64,000 nucleotides of DNA, taken from NCBI GenBank assembly GCA_009694185.1, contig SHVR01000005.1, forward strand, positions 10,468-74,467, given 5' to 3'. Positions within the stretch are counted from its first letter, which is position 1; the number at the start of each line of letters is the position of its first letter. Shown in pieces: positions 1 through 9,340 of this stretch. Source of the stretch: Alphaproteobacteria bacterium. GTDB lineage: Bacteria; Pseudomonadota; Alphaproteobacteria; SHVR01. Below the pieces are notes generated by a model, which was given only the letters and a program-made list of their open reading frames with translations, had not been told where the DNA came from and searched no databases. A program made the translations under genes and the position numbers.

Positions 1-1
1 T

Positions 2-502
2 CTGGTGCAGCGGGTCCTCAGTATGATTGCCCGCAATTGCGACGCAGCCGTGCCCGAACCCGGCCCGCACAGCGAGGAAGACACGCAACTACTTGATAGC
101 GCGGGGAAATTGCTGGTGACTCTGCGGCGGAGCATGGACGCGCAGTCGTTTCACGAGGGCCTCGAGGCAATTTGGGCGGTGGTGCGCGCCGCCAACGTCT
201 ATGTCGACCGCCAGGCACCCTGGAGCCTGCGCAAAACCGATCCGGCGCGGATGCAAACCGTGCTGTATGTCTTGAGCGAAGCGATTCGCCACCTGGCGAT
301 CCTGACCCAACCGATCATGCCCGGCTCGGCGGGTCGTATCCTGGACCAGCTCGGGGTGCCAGAAACCGCTCGGACGTTCAACCATTTGGCCATTTGTCTC
401 GAACCCGGAACGAAATTGCCGAACCCGGCGCCGATCTTTCCCAGGTTCGTTGCGGATGCCGAACAAGCGGCCCCGGCCGGGACTTCCGGAGATGGGCGGT
501 AA
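2..502 (+). CDS. metG: Methionyl-tRNA synthetase, C-terminal part (5' end outside window)
   Basis: Anticodon-domain motifs QRVLSMI, ANVYVDRQAPW, P-IFPR. Frame is open from the window edge; metG-tatD-MBL order is typical. Confidence 0.93.
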   Translation: MVQRVLSMIARNCDAAVPEPGPHSEEDTQLLDSAGKLLVTLRRSMDAQSFHEGLEAIWAVVRAANVYVDRQAPWSLRKTDPARMQTVLYVLSEAIRHLAILTQPIMPGSAGRILDQLGVPETARTFNHLAICLEPGTKLPNPAPIFPRFVADAEQAAPAGTSGDGR

Positions 503-1293
503 TGCTGGTCGACAGCCATTGCCATCTCGACTCCGGGACGCTCGCCGCGGAGCTCGACCAGGTCGTGGCGCGCGCCCATGCCGCCGGAGTCGGGCTCATG
601 GTGACGATCTGCACCCGGCCGAAGCACTTGTCCGAGGTGCTGGCGCTGGTTGAGCGCTATCCAAGTGTTTATTGCGCCGTCGGCGTGCATCCGCATTATG
701 TGGCGGAGGAGGGGCTGTTGCCAGTCGAAGCGCTGGTGGAACTATCTCGCCATCCCCGGCTCGTCGGCATCGGCGAAACCGGGCTCGACTATCACTACGA
801 CCGCAGCCCGCGCGAACTACAACAAGCGAGCTTCCGCAATCATATTCGGGCGGCGCGTTTGGCCGGATTGCCGTTTATCGTCCATTCGCGCAACGCCGAT
901 GCCGATACCGCGGCGATTTTGAGCGAGGAATTGTCGAAGGGTCCCGTTTCCGGGGTGATGCATTGCTTCAGCTCGGGACGCGATCTGGCCCTGAAGGCGG
1001 TCGGCCTCGGGCTCTATGTCTCGCTCGCCGGGATCGTTACCTTTGCCAATAGCGGGGCACTCCGCGACACGGTTCGCGAACTTCCCATGGATCGCCTGCT
1101 GGTGGAGACCGACGCGCCCTACCTCGCACCGGTGCCGATGCGCGGCAAACGCAACGAGCCCGCTTTCGTCGCCCACACGGCCGCGACCATGGCGCAATTG
1201 AAGGCCGTCACCATGGCCGAGTTCGAGCGCCAGAGTACCGGCAATTTCTTTCGTCTTTTCAATAAAATCCCCGCAAAAGTGCCGGACCTGTGA
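502..1293 (+). CDS. tatD: TatD family metal-dependent DNase
   Basis: DSHCHL, GVHPH, IGETGLDY, HCF, LVETDAPYL, RNEP motifs. ATG overlaps the metG stop (TAATG). Confidence 0.95.
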   Translation: MLVDSHCHLDSGTLAAELDQVVARAHAAGVGLMVTICTRPKHLSEVLALVERYPSVYCAVGVHPHYVAEEGLLPVEALVELSRHPRLVGIGETGLDYHYDRSPRELQQASFRNHIRAARLAGLPFIVHSRNADADTAAILSEELSKGPVSGVMHCFSSGRDLALKAVGLGLYVSLAGIVTFANSGALRDTVRELPMDRLLVETDAPYLAPVPMRGKRNEPAFVAHTAATMAQLKAVTMAEFERQSTGNFFRLFNKIPAKVPDL

Positions 1294-2063
1294 TGCGCGT
1301 CACGGTGCTCGGCAGCGGCGCCTCGGGCGGCGTGCCACTGGTGGGCGGCGTGTGGGGCGCCTGTGACCCCGCCAATCCACGCAATCGGCGCCTCAGGCCA
1401 TCCTTGCTGGTTGAAGGGGCGGGCGCCAGCATCCTGATCGACACCTCGCCGGACCTCCGGGCGCAACTGCTGGCGAGCGCCGTCGGCCGGCTCGATGCCG
1501 TCCTTTATACCCATGCCCACGCCGACCATGTGCACGGCATCGACGATTTGCGGGCGCTGAACTTTGCCACCGGCGCCGCCATTCCGGCCTATGGCAGCGC
1601 CAAAACCTTGGCCGAGATTGCCGATCGTTTCGGGTACGCTTTCATCAAGTCGGCGCCGCCCCAGAAGCCGGGCTGGACCCGTCCGGAGCTGACGCCCCAT
1701 GTCATCACCGGCCCATTCCAGATTGCCGGGCTGGAGATCGTGCCGTTCGACCAGGACCATCACGTCACCATCAGCACCGGTTTCCGGATCGGCCGGTTCG
1801 CTTATTCGACGGACGTGGTTCGCCTCGACGAGGCGGCGTTCGCCACGCTCGCCGGGATCGAGGTCTGGGTGGTGAGTTGCCTTCGCGAAGAGCCGCACCC
1901 GATCCACGCCCATCTCGAGTGGGTGCTCGGCTGGATCGAGCGCCTGCGGCCGCAGCGGGCCATCCTCACCCATATGAATCACAGCCTCGACTATGCGACC
2001 CTGGCCCGGAAACTGCCGCCGGGCGTCGAGCCGGGCTATGACGGACTGGTTTTGGAGGTATGA
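1293..2063 (+). CDS. MBL-fold metallo-hydrolase (PhnP/LipB-like)
   Basis: VLGSGASGGVP, THAHADHVHGIDDLR (HxHxDH), LTHMNH, GYDG. TGATG overlap with tatD. Confidence 0.92.
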   Translation: MRVTVLGSGASGGVPLVGGVWGACDPANPRNRRLRPSLLVEGAGASILIDTSPDLRAQLLASAVGRLDAVLYTHAHADHVHGIDDLRALNFATGAAIPAYGSAKTLAEIADRFGYAFIKSAPPQKPGWTRPELTPHVITGPFQIAGLEIVPFDQDHHVTISTGFRIGRFAYSTDVVRLDEAAFATLAGIEVWVVSCLREEPHPIHAHLEWVLGWIERLRPQRAILTHMNHSLDYATLARKLPPGVEPGYDGLVLEV

Positions 2064-2069
2064 CGGAAT

Positions 2070-2097
2070 ATTTACCATAATGTATATTATGCGACTT
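2070..2097 (-). other. dif: dif site (XerC/XerD chromosome dimer resolution site)
   Basis: Minus strand reads AAGTCGCATAA-TATACA-TTATGGTAAAT (11+6+11). The XerD arm differs from E. coli TTATGTTAAAT at one base; the XerC arm shares the inner CGCATAA. Intergenic and AT-rich. Confidence 0.88.
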
Positions 2098-2135
2098 ATC
2101 GATACACGGAAATACCCCCTGGAGCGAGACATCCC

Positions 2136-2948
2136 ATGACTTCCCCGCCGGCCATCGACCGTCTGATCCAGATCATGCGGCGGCTGCGCGACCCCGATGG
2201 TGGCTGCCCCTGGGACCTGGAGCAGACCTTCCGGACCATCGCACCCTATACGATCGAGGAAGCCTATGAGGTGGCCGAAGCCATTGCCGACGGCGACATG
2301 ACGGCACTCCGTCACGAGCTCGGTGATCTGCTGTTACAGGTCGTCTATCATGCCCAAATGGCGAGCGAGGCCGGCGCCTTCGCCTTCGACGATGTCGTGA
2401 TGGCGATTTCCGACAAGATGGTGGCGCGTCATCGCCATGTCTTCGGCCCGGCCGAAATCCTGTCCGCCGAAGCTCAAACTGGGGCTTGGGAGGACCACAA
2501 GGCGGCCGAACGCGCCCGCCGGGCGGTGGAATTGGGCCGGGCACCCGGTGTCCTCGATGCCGTGCCCCTCGCCCTGCCGGCGCTGACCCGGGCCGAGAAA
2601 TTGCAAAAACGGGCCGCCCGCGTCGGGTTCGATTGGCCGGATGTGGCCGAGGTTCACGACAAGCTCGCCGAGGAGCTGGGTGAGTTGCGCCATGAGGTGG
2701 ACATCGGGGCGCCATCCGAAAGACTGGCCGACGAACTCGGCGATGTGCTCTTTGCGGTCACCAATTTGGCCCGCCATCTGGGCGTCGACCCGGAAGCAGC
2801 GCTGCGGGGCACCAACGCCAAGTTCGAACGTCGGTTTCGGTGGATCGAAGGCCGGCTGGCCGAACAGGGCCGCTCCCCGGAAGAGGCCAGCCTCGCGGAG
2901 ATGGAGGCCTTATGGCTTGAGGGGAAGGATCGGGAACGCCCCGAATAG
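2136..2948 (+). CDS. mazG: Nucleoside triphosphate pyrophosphohydrolase MazG
   Basis: GCPWDLEQT, EEAYEV, ELGDLL, second ELGDVLF, KFERRF. Confidence 0.96.
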   Translation: MTSPPAIDRLIQIMRRLRDPDGGCPWDLEQTFRTIAPYTIEEAYEVAEAIADGDMTALRHELGDLLLQVVYHAQMASEAGAFAFDDVVMAISDKMVARHRHVFGPAEILSAEAQTGAWEDHKAAERARRAVELGRAPGVLDAVPLALPALTRAEKLQKRAARVGFDWPDVAEVHDKLAEELGELRHEVDIGAPSERLADELGDVLFAVTNLARHLGVDPEAALRGTNAKFERRFRWIEGRLAEQGRSPEEASLAEMEALWLEGKDRERPE

Positions 2949-3067
2949 GGTGTAACGCTTTTAACCCATATAACGACGGCCAAGGTCGGCGGGTCCCGTT
3001 TTCGAACCGAAGGGCATGAATTCCGATCGTTCCGCGGGCGCCGCCCCGATGCCGACTGTCCCAAGGC

Positions 3068-3442
3068 TCAGGTGACGGTCCCGCGCCAGACCGTGAAACC
3101 GAACAGCGCCATGGCCAGGATCGTAACGAGCGCGCCGGCAATAGCGAGGGGCTCGCCGGCATGGCCGGAATGGACCAACGCGACGCCTGGGATCATAACA
3201 ATCAGGCCAACCTGGGCGAGCCAGAATTGGGCACGCGGCACGGCGCCTTCGGCGGCCTTTGGGCACAGGCGGTAGACCGCGCCGTAGAGAGCCATGGACA
3301 CCCAGCCGAGCAGTAGCAGATGGGCATGGGCCGGATATGTGCTGTGATCCCTGCTCACGCCCATGGCGATGCCCCAGATCATACCGATGAGAGCATAAAG
3401 GACGGCGGCACGGAAATAGCGATTGGCGAAGGCTTCGGTCAT
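3068..3442 (-). CDS. Small 4-TM membrane protein with an HAH motif, resembling a heme-copper oxidase subunit I segment
   Basis: 124 aa, four hydrophobic segments, motif GIAMG...YPAHAHLLLLGWVS. ATG at 3442 preceded by GAGG. Confidence 0.75.
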   Translation of the reverse strand: MTEAFANRYFRAAVLYALIGMIWGIAMGVSRDHSTYPAHAHLLLLGWVSMALYGAVYRLCPKAAEGAVPRAQFWLAQVGLIVMIPGVALVHSGHAGEPLAIAGALVTILAMALFGFTVWRGTVT

Positions 3443-3510
3443 GTGGCACCTCGACGGAGACGCAGGATTATCGAACCTCAAAATAGGTGTTAATTCATAA
3501 TCCTATAGAA

Positions 3511-4338
3511 TTATGTTGAGGCGACACTCAAGACCGGCTGGATGAGGGTGCGGTCGATATCTTCCCAGACGGCGCGATCGGGCGCCACCACCATGCCCGG
3601 GGTGGACTTGGTCGGCCGATAGGGTGCGCCATCGAAGAGAGCCACATGGCCGCCGGCTTCCTGGTGCAGCAGACAGCCGGCCGCGTGGTCCCAGGGGTTG
3701 AGGCGGGTATAGACGCCGAAATGCATGCGGCCCCAGAACCGCGCCAGATATTCCTGGCCCACACTCCTGGTGTTGAAGACGAGACCGAGTCTGCCCCGGC
3801 CGCGTGCCCATAGGCCGCGATAGGCCTCGCTTTCGCGGAACCGTCGACCATAGATCGAGCCCGTCATGTGGTAGAGGTTGTTGGGCCGGGCGATAGTGAG
3901 CTTGCGGCCATCCATGGTGGCGCCGTCGCCCAAGCTGCCCATGGCCATGCGCCGACCGACCGGATCGTAAATCCACCCCGCCCGGGTCTCGCCGTTCATG
4001 ACCAGTGCCACGATGACCGCGAACAACGGCACACCGGCCGCAAAATTGGCGGTGCCGTCCAGAGGGTCGATGACCCAGACCGGGGATGGACTAACCAGGG
4101 CATCGGCCAAACGCGGATTGTCGGCGAATGCCTCCTCGCCCAATACGACGGAGCCGGGCAAGAGGTCCGCCAGGACCCGGCCGAGCCGCTTCTCCATGGC
4201 CAGGTCGGCCACGGTGACGAAATCGTTCGGCGCCTTCTCGGCCACATCGGCCGGATCGAGGGCGCTGAAGCGCGACAGAATCTCTTCCGCCGCGGCCTCG
4301 CGGATGAGGGCGGCAACGCGATCCGGATCGGTCGGCAA
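3511..4338 (-). CDS. Inositol monophosphatase family protein
   Basis: DFVTVAD, LGEE, WVIDPLDGTANF, PWDHAAG motifs. TTG start. Confidence 0.93.
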   Translation of the reverse strand: MPTDPDRVAALIREAAAEEILSRFSALDPADVAEKAPNDFVTVADLAMEKRLGRVLADLLPGSVVLGEEAFADNPRLADALVSPSPVWVIDPLDGTANFAAGVPLFAVIVALVMNGETRAGWIYDPVGRRMAMGSLGDGATMDGRKLTIARPNNLYHMTGSIYGRRFRESEAYRGLWARGRGRLGLVFNTRSVGQEYLARFWGRMHFGVYTRLNPWDHAAGCLLHQEAGGHVALFDGAPYRPTKSTPGMVVAPDRAVWEDIDRTLIQPVLSVAST

Positions 4339-4362
4339 CGAGCGCGCCCCGATCGTGCCCGA

Positions 4363-4650
4363 CTAAGCTACCACCCCTAAAATGTCCGACTCTTTCATGA
4401 TCATGAGGTCGTCGCCGTCCATCTTGATTTCGGTACCCGACCATTTGCCGTAGAGCACCCTGTCACCAACCTTGACGGCCATCGGTTGCAGCGTGCCGCC
4501 CTCGTCCCGGGCCCCGGGACCAACGGCCAACACTTTGCCTTCCATCGGCTTTTCCTGGACCGTGTCGGGGATAATGATGCCGCCAGGGGACTTCTGGTCG
4601 GCCTTGACGGGTTTGATCAAGACACGGTCTTGGAGCGGTTTGAAGGCCAT
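4363..4650 (-). CDS. groES: Co-chaperonin GroES (no adjacent groEL)
   Basis: [54 protein letters not shown] before ATG 4650. Confidence 0.96.
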   Translation of the reverse strand: MAFKPLQDRVLIKPVKADQKSPGGIIIPDTVQEKPMEGKVLAVGPGARDEGGTLQPMAVKVGDRVLYGKWSGTEIKMDGDDLMIMKESDILGVVA

Positions 4651-4716
4651 TATTCTCTCCATTGAACGGGGCCATCGCATGGGGCGGGTGGACCCTATCC
4701 GGGAGTGGGTGCGGAA

Positions 4717-6012
4717 TCAAATACCGATATTCGGAAAACGGTGCTGGAAGCGGGCGAGATCCGCGCTTTCCAGGCCAACCGCCATATGGGCACTGGCCGA
4801 GTCGTCCTCGCGGGCAACGACTTGGCCGTGACTGTAGAGCCAGGCGATGGCGGCGCCGTCGCTGAGTGGCAAGACGAGGCGGACGACGCGCCGGCTGTCG
4901 CCGAGCGCCCGGTCGATCACCTTAAGTAGGACATCGCTCCCTTCGCCGGTCAACGCGGAAACCGGAACCGCGTTGCGCGCGCCGTGTTCGGGCCCGGCGT
5001 ACGGCGGCAACAGGTCGATCTTGTTCAGGACCTCGACGATCCGACCATCCTCGCCACAGTCGATGCCAAGCTCTTGCAAGACGATCTCGACGTCGCGTTT
5101 TTGAGCGTCGCTGTCGGGCTCGGCGATATCGCGGACATGCAGGATCAAGTCGGCCGAGAGGACTTCTTCGAGCGTCGCGCGGAACGCTGCAACGAGTTGG
5201 GTCGGCAGGCGGGAGATGAACCCGACCGTGTCCGACAGGATCACCCGTCGTCCGGACGGCAGCACCAGAGCCCGCATGGTCGGGTCGAGGGTGGCGAACA
5301 GCATGTCCACTGCCACGACCTCGGCCTTGGTCAGGCGGTTAAAGAGGGTGGACTTGCCGGCGTTGGTGTAACCGACCAGCGCCACCACCGGATAGGGCAC
5401 GCGCTGGCGGGCCTCGCGATGCAGGCCCCGGGTCCGGGTCACCGTTTCGAGCTCGCGCTTGATCTTGGCGATGCGCTCGTCGATCAGGCGCCGGTCGATT
5501 TCGAGCTGGCTTTCGCCGGGTCCACCCAGGAAACCGAAGCCACCCCGCTGGCGCTCCAGATGCGTCCAGGATCGGACCAGGCGGGTGCGCTGATAACCGA
5601 GTGCCGCGAGCTCTACCTGCAGGCGGCCTTCACGGGTCTGGGCCCGCTCGCCAAAAATCTCCAGAATGAGCCCGGTCCGGTCGATGACCTTGGCCTTCCA
5701 GGCGCGCTCCAAATTACGCTGCTGTACCGGTGTGACCGGACCGTCGACCACCACCAGGTCGGCCTCGTCCAGGGCCACCTGCTCGCCGATCGCCGTCACC
5801 TGCCCCGGTCCGAACAGCGTCGCCGGCCGCGCCCGCGGCACCGTTATGGCGCGCCGGCCAACGACGGTCAGATTTATCGCGGCCGCTAGGCCGACCGCCT
5901 CGTCAAGGCGTGCCTCGGCGCTCCGCGCCTCCGGGCTCCGGTCGGCGCGCAGAATTGGCAGCAGAACGAGTGCCCGCCCCGTCGCCTGGCCTCGAACCGC
6001 CGCCCCAGTCAC
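4717..6012 (-). CDS. hflX: GTPase HflX
   Basis: [34 protein letters not shown]. Follows hfq. Confidence 0.97.
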   Translation of the reverse strand: MTGAAVRGQATGRALVLLPILRADRSPEARSAEARLDEAVGLAAAINLTVVGRRAITVPRARPATLFGPGQVTAIGEQVALDEADLVVVDGPVTPVQQRNLERAWKAKVIDRTGLILEIFGERAQTREGRLQVELAALGYQRTRLVRSWTHLERQRGGFGFLGGPGESQLEIDRRLIDERIAKIKRELETVTRTRGLHREARQRVPYPVVALVGYTNAGKSTLFNRLTKAEVVAVDMLFATLDPTMRALVLPSGRRVILSDTVGFISRLPTQLVAAFRATLEEVLSADLILHVRDIAEPDSDAQKRDVEIVLQELGIDCGEDGRIVEVLNKIDLLPPYAGPEHGARNAVPVSALTGEGSDVLLKVIDRALGDSRRVVRLVLPLSDGAAIAWLYSHGQVVAREDDSASAHMAVGLESADLARFQHRFPNIGI

Positions 6013-6269
6013 TCGGCCGCAACCGCTGCTTCGTCTTCGGCGTTCTCGAACAATTGGATCGGCCCGGCCGGCATCACGGTCGATATCGCGTGCTTGTAGA
6101 CCAGTTGCGAATGGCTATCCCGGCGCAGCAACACCGAAAAATTGTCAAACCAGCCGATCACTCCCTGCAATTTGACCCCATTGATCAGGAAGATCGTCAA
6201 TGGGGTCTTGGTCTTGCGGACATGGTTAAGGAAAACATCCTGAAGGTTTTGGTTTTTTTGCGCTGTCAT
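6009..6269 (-). CDS. hfq: RNA chaperone Hfq
   Basis: [30 protein letters not shown]. Confidence 0.98.
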   Translation of the reverse strand: MTAQKNQNLQDVFLNHVRKTKTPLTIFLINGVKLQGVIGWFDNFSVLLRRDSHSQLVYKHAISTVMPAGPIQLFENAEDEAAVAAE

Positions 6270-6371
6270 AGCCGATCCCTGTTTTGTTTTCGGCGCTCGG
6301 CCAGTGACCGAACCCCATATTTTTAAGTACTTACCAAGAGACGATCGCCGCCATCTTCCCGGACCCGACTA

Positions 6372-7046
6372 TCATATGGAAAATCGGCGGCCCCGAACAA
6401 GGTCTACCAGCCCGGCCAGCCCGAGAAATTCCAAATCGGGCCGATGCTCGTCGCCGAGCGGGTTCGGATTGCCGCCCGCCTGACTGACGATGAGCGCCAG
6501 GCAGCCGGCATTGCGGGCGCATTGAAGATCAGTCACGGAATCGCCGACCAGCCAGACATCCTCGCCGGCCGCGATCTCCGAGCCCTGGAGCGCCAGATGG
6601 ACGGGTGCGGCGGCGGGCTTGTCTTCGGCCGCGTCGCCGGCGCCGACGATCCGGCTGAAATAATGCGCCCAGCCGAGATGCTCCACCTCAAGCCGGAGAT
6701 AACCGCCTTGTTTGTTGCTCACGAGGGCAAGATAGAAACCGGCATCGGCGACGGCGGCCAAGAGTTCCGGGGCTTCGGGCAGCACGCGGAGATCCGCCAG
6801 ATGCCGCGCTTCGAACTCGCCATAGAATTGCTCGCGGGCGGCTTGCCAGTTGGCGCCGAAAATGCGCGGGAAGCTGTCGCGTTGCGAGCCGCTGATGCGG
6901 GCGTAAGTCTCGGCCATGCTCCAGGGCGCCATGCCGTGGCGGGCCAATGTGGCGTTGAGCGCGGCGTGGATGACCGGCCAATTGTCCACGAGCGTGCCGT
7001 CCCAGTCGAACAGGACGGCGCGGGGGCTGGGCGGCGGCTCCGTCAC
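6372..7046 (-). CDS. HAD family hydrolase (phosphoglycolate phosphatase-like)
   Basis: FDWDGTLVD, VSNK, DKP, VGDSVTD motifs. Confidence 0.9.
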   Translation of the reverse strand: MTEPPPSPRAVLFDWDGTLVDNWPVIHAALNATLARHGMAPWSMAETYARISGSQRDSFPRIFGANWQAAREQFYGEFEARHLADLRVLPEAPELLAAVADAGFYLALVSNKQGGYLRLEVEHLGWAHYFSRIVGAGDAAEDKPAAAPVHLALQGSEIAAGEDVWLVGDSVTDLQCARNAGCLALIVSQAGGNPNPLGDEHRPDLEFLGLAGLVDLVRGRRFSI

Positions 7047-7906
7047 CGCGTGGCCCCGGCGCCGGTCATGTAGCCGCGATAGGCCGCGTATAATTTCTGG
7101 GCGATCGAGCCGGGCTTGCCATTGCCGACCACGGCCTCGTCGATCTCGACCACCGGCGTCACATAGGACGTGGCACTGGTAACGAACGCTTCCCTGGCCC
7201 GCTTCGCCTCTTCGAGGCTGAACGGCCGCTCGACAAAATCGAGGCCCTCCTCGCGCACCAACTGGAGGACCGAGCGCCGGGTGATCCCACTCAGGATCTC
7301 GTGCCCGGATGGGCGGGTGACCAGCTCGCCTTCGCGGGTCACGATCCAGGCATTGGACGAGCCGCCCTCGGTCACGTTGCCGTCTTCGTCGACGAGCCAG
7401 GCTTCATAGGCGCCGGCTTCGCGCGCCTGCTGCTTGGCAAGGACGTTGGGCAGCAGCGACACCGTCTTGATGTCGCACCGCCCCCAGCGGATATCCGGCA
7501 CCGAGATCACCTTCACGCCGTCCTCCATCATGGCGGCCCCCGGACGCGGCCGGCGGGCGGCCGTGATCACAACCGCCGGCTGCGCCAGCTTCGGGAATGG
7601 ATGATCGCGGCGGGCCACACCCCGGGTCATTTGGATATAGATGATCCCATGCTGGAAATAGTTCCGGCGCAAGACTTCGCGCATGGCGATCTTGAGCGCG
7701 GCGCGCCGGATCGGCCAAGCGATGCGCAATTCCCGGAGCGAGCGATCGAGGCGATCGAGATGGGGCTCCTCGTCCACCAGCAGGTCATCGACCACCGGCA
7801 CCACTTCATAGACACCGTCGGCAAACTGATAGCCGCGGTCCTCGACATGCACGCTCGCCTGGCGGTGCGGCACATAGCGACCGTTGACATAGGCAATTCT
7901 GGACAT
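7043..7906 (-). CDS. dat: D-amino-acid transaminase (PLP fold IV)
   Basis: EDRGYQFADGVYEV, RCDIKT, TEGGSSNAW, ILSGITR. Confidence 0.93.
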   Translation of the reverse strand: MSRIAYVNGRYVPHRQASVHVEDRGYQFADGVYEVVPVVDDLLVDEEPHLDRLDRSLRELRIAWPIRRAALKIAMREVLRRNYFQHGIIYIQMTRGVARRDHPFPKLAQPAVVITAARRPRPGAAMMEDGVKVISVPDIRWGRCDIKTVSLLPNVLAKQQAREAGAYEAWLVDEDGNVTEGGSSNAWIVTREGELVTRPSGHEILSGITRRSVLQLVREEGLDFVERPFSLEEAKRAREAFVTSATSYVTPVVEIDEAVVGNGKPGSIAQKLYAAYRGYMTGAGATR

Positions 7907-7939
7907 GGCGTCACCCCTCCAATCAGAAAAACCGGCGTC

Positions 7940-9340
7940 CTAACCCCGTTCCGCCGACATTGCCACGCCGAGCAGCTTGAGCTTGCGGTGCAAGGCCGAG
8001 CGCTCCATGCCGATAAAGCTTGCCGTGCGCGAGATGTTGCCGCCAAACCGGTTGACCTGCGCCATCAGATATTCGCGCTCGAACATCTCGCGCGCGTCGC
8101 GCAACGGCAGGCTCATCATCTCGCCGCCCTTGTCGGAGCGCAGCATGGCCGGCGTGATGGCGAAGATTTCCGGCGGCAGCATGTCGGCGCGGAGCGTCTG
8201 GCGCGGATCGCCGGGCACCATGATTAGCAGCCAGTCGATGACGTTGCGAAGCTGGCGGACATTGCCGGGCCAGTCATAGGACTGTAATGCCGCCAGCGCG
8301 TCCTCGCCAAGGTCGCGGGCGGGCAAGCCGGACACCATGGTCGCGTGCGCGAGCAGATGGCGGGCGAGCACCGGTATGTCCTCCCGGCGATGGCGCAAGG
8401 CGGGTATGTGCAGCGGCACGACGTTCAAACGATAGAACAGGTCTTCGCGAAAGTGCTGCGACTCGATTTCCGCCGCCAGATCCTTGTTGGTCGACGCGAT
8501 GACACGGACGTCGACCTCGACCCGCCGCGTTCCGCCCAAGCGTTCGAAGGTCTGCTCTTGCAGCACCCGGACGATCTTACCCTGGGTCTCAAGGGGCATG
8601 TCGGCCACCTCGTCGAGGAACAGGGTGCCGCCGTGGGCCTGCTCGAAAAAACCGATCTTGCGACCGCCTTCCCCATTGCCCAAGGCCCGCTCGGTCCCAA
8701 ACAGTTCGATCTCCATGCGGTCCGGACTCATGGCCGCGCAGTTGACCACGATGAATGGCGCTTCCGCCCGGCGCGACTGAGCGTGCAGGACCCTGGCGGC
8801 GAGCTCCTTACCGGAACCGGCCGGCCCCGTAATCAAGACGCGGCTGCCGGACGGTGCCACCCGCTCGATCGCCTGACGCAGCGCATGGGTCGCCGCCGAG
8901 ACACCGATCAACGCCCTCTCGCCGCCCGCCCGCAGCCTGAGCTCGAGATTCTCCCGCTTGAGGCGCGCCGCCTCGATCGCGCGTTCGGCGACGAGCAGCA
9001 GGCGGCTGCTCTTGAACGGCTTTTCGATGAAGTCGTAGGCCCCTTCCTTGATCGCCGCGACGGCGGTCTCGACGGTGCCATGACCGCTGATCATGACGAC
9101 CGGCAAATTGGGATGATCCTGCTTGACGGCGCGCAGGACGTCGATGCCGTCGGTTGGGCTACCCTCCAGCCAGACGTCGAGAATGACCAGGCTGGGCGGG
9201 CGCTTGCGGACCGCCTCGATGGCCTCGGTGGAGTCTCGGGCCTCGCGCGCGGTGTAACCCTCGTCTTCCAGGATGCCGCCGATCAGCATCCGGATGTCGG
9301 CCTCGTCGTCCACGATGAGAACTTCATGCGCCATGGGCAT
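7940..9340 (-). CDS. ntrX: Response regulator NtrX (REC-AAA+-HTH)
   Basis: REC domain (LDVWL), GPAGSGKE, no GAFTGA (typical of NtrX), ERSALHRKLK HTH. Start at 9340 or 9334. Confidence 0.95.
   Translation of the reverse strand: MPMAHEVLIVDDEADIRMLIGGILEDEGYTAREARDSTEAIEAVRKRPPSLVILDVWLEGSPTDGIDVLRAVKQDHPNLPVVMISGHGTVETAVAAIKEGAYDFIEKPFKSSRLLLVAERAIEAARLKRENLELRLRAGGERALIGVSAATHALRQAIERVAPSGSRVLITGPAGSGKELAARVLHAQSRRAEAPFIVVNCAAMSPDRMEIELFGTERALGNGEGGRKIGFFEQAHGGTLFLDEVADMPLETQGKIVRVLQEQTFERLGGTRRVEVDVRVIASTNKDLAAEIESQHFREDLFYRLNVVPLHIPALRHRREDIPVLARHLLAHATMVSGLPARDLGEDALAALQSYDWPGNVRQLRNVIDWLLIMVPGDPRQTLRADMLPPEIFAITPAMLRSDKGGEMMSLPLRDAREMFEREYLMAQVNRFGGNISRTASFIGMERSALHRKLKLLGVAMSAERG

Noticed and set aside
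502..2948. tatD-MBL-mazG as a defence module
   Set aside because: Ordinary housekeeping order after metG; the MazG is the full two-domain housekeeping type.
2949..3067. Possible structured RNA between mazG and the small membrane gene (GTCGGC...GCCGAC)
   Set aside because: Only a 6-bp stem in GC-rich DNA, no recognisable family and no U-tract.
4651..4716. CIRCE or sigma32 promoter upstream of groES
   Set aside because: No TTAGCACTC-N9-GAGTGCTAA; only a weak TTGA with a poor -10 match.
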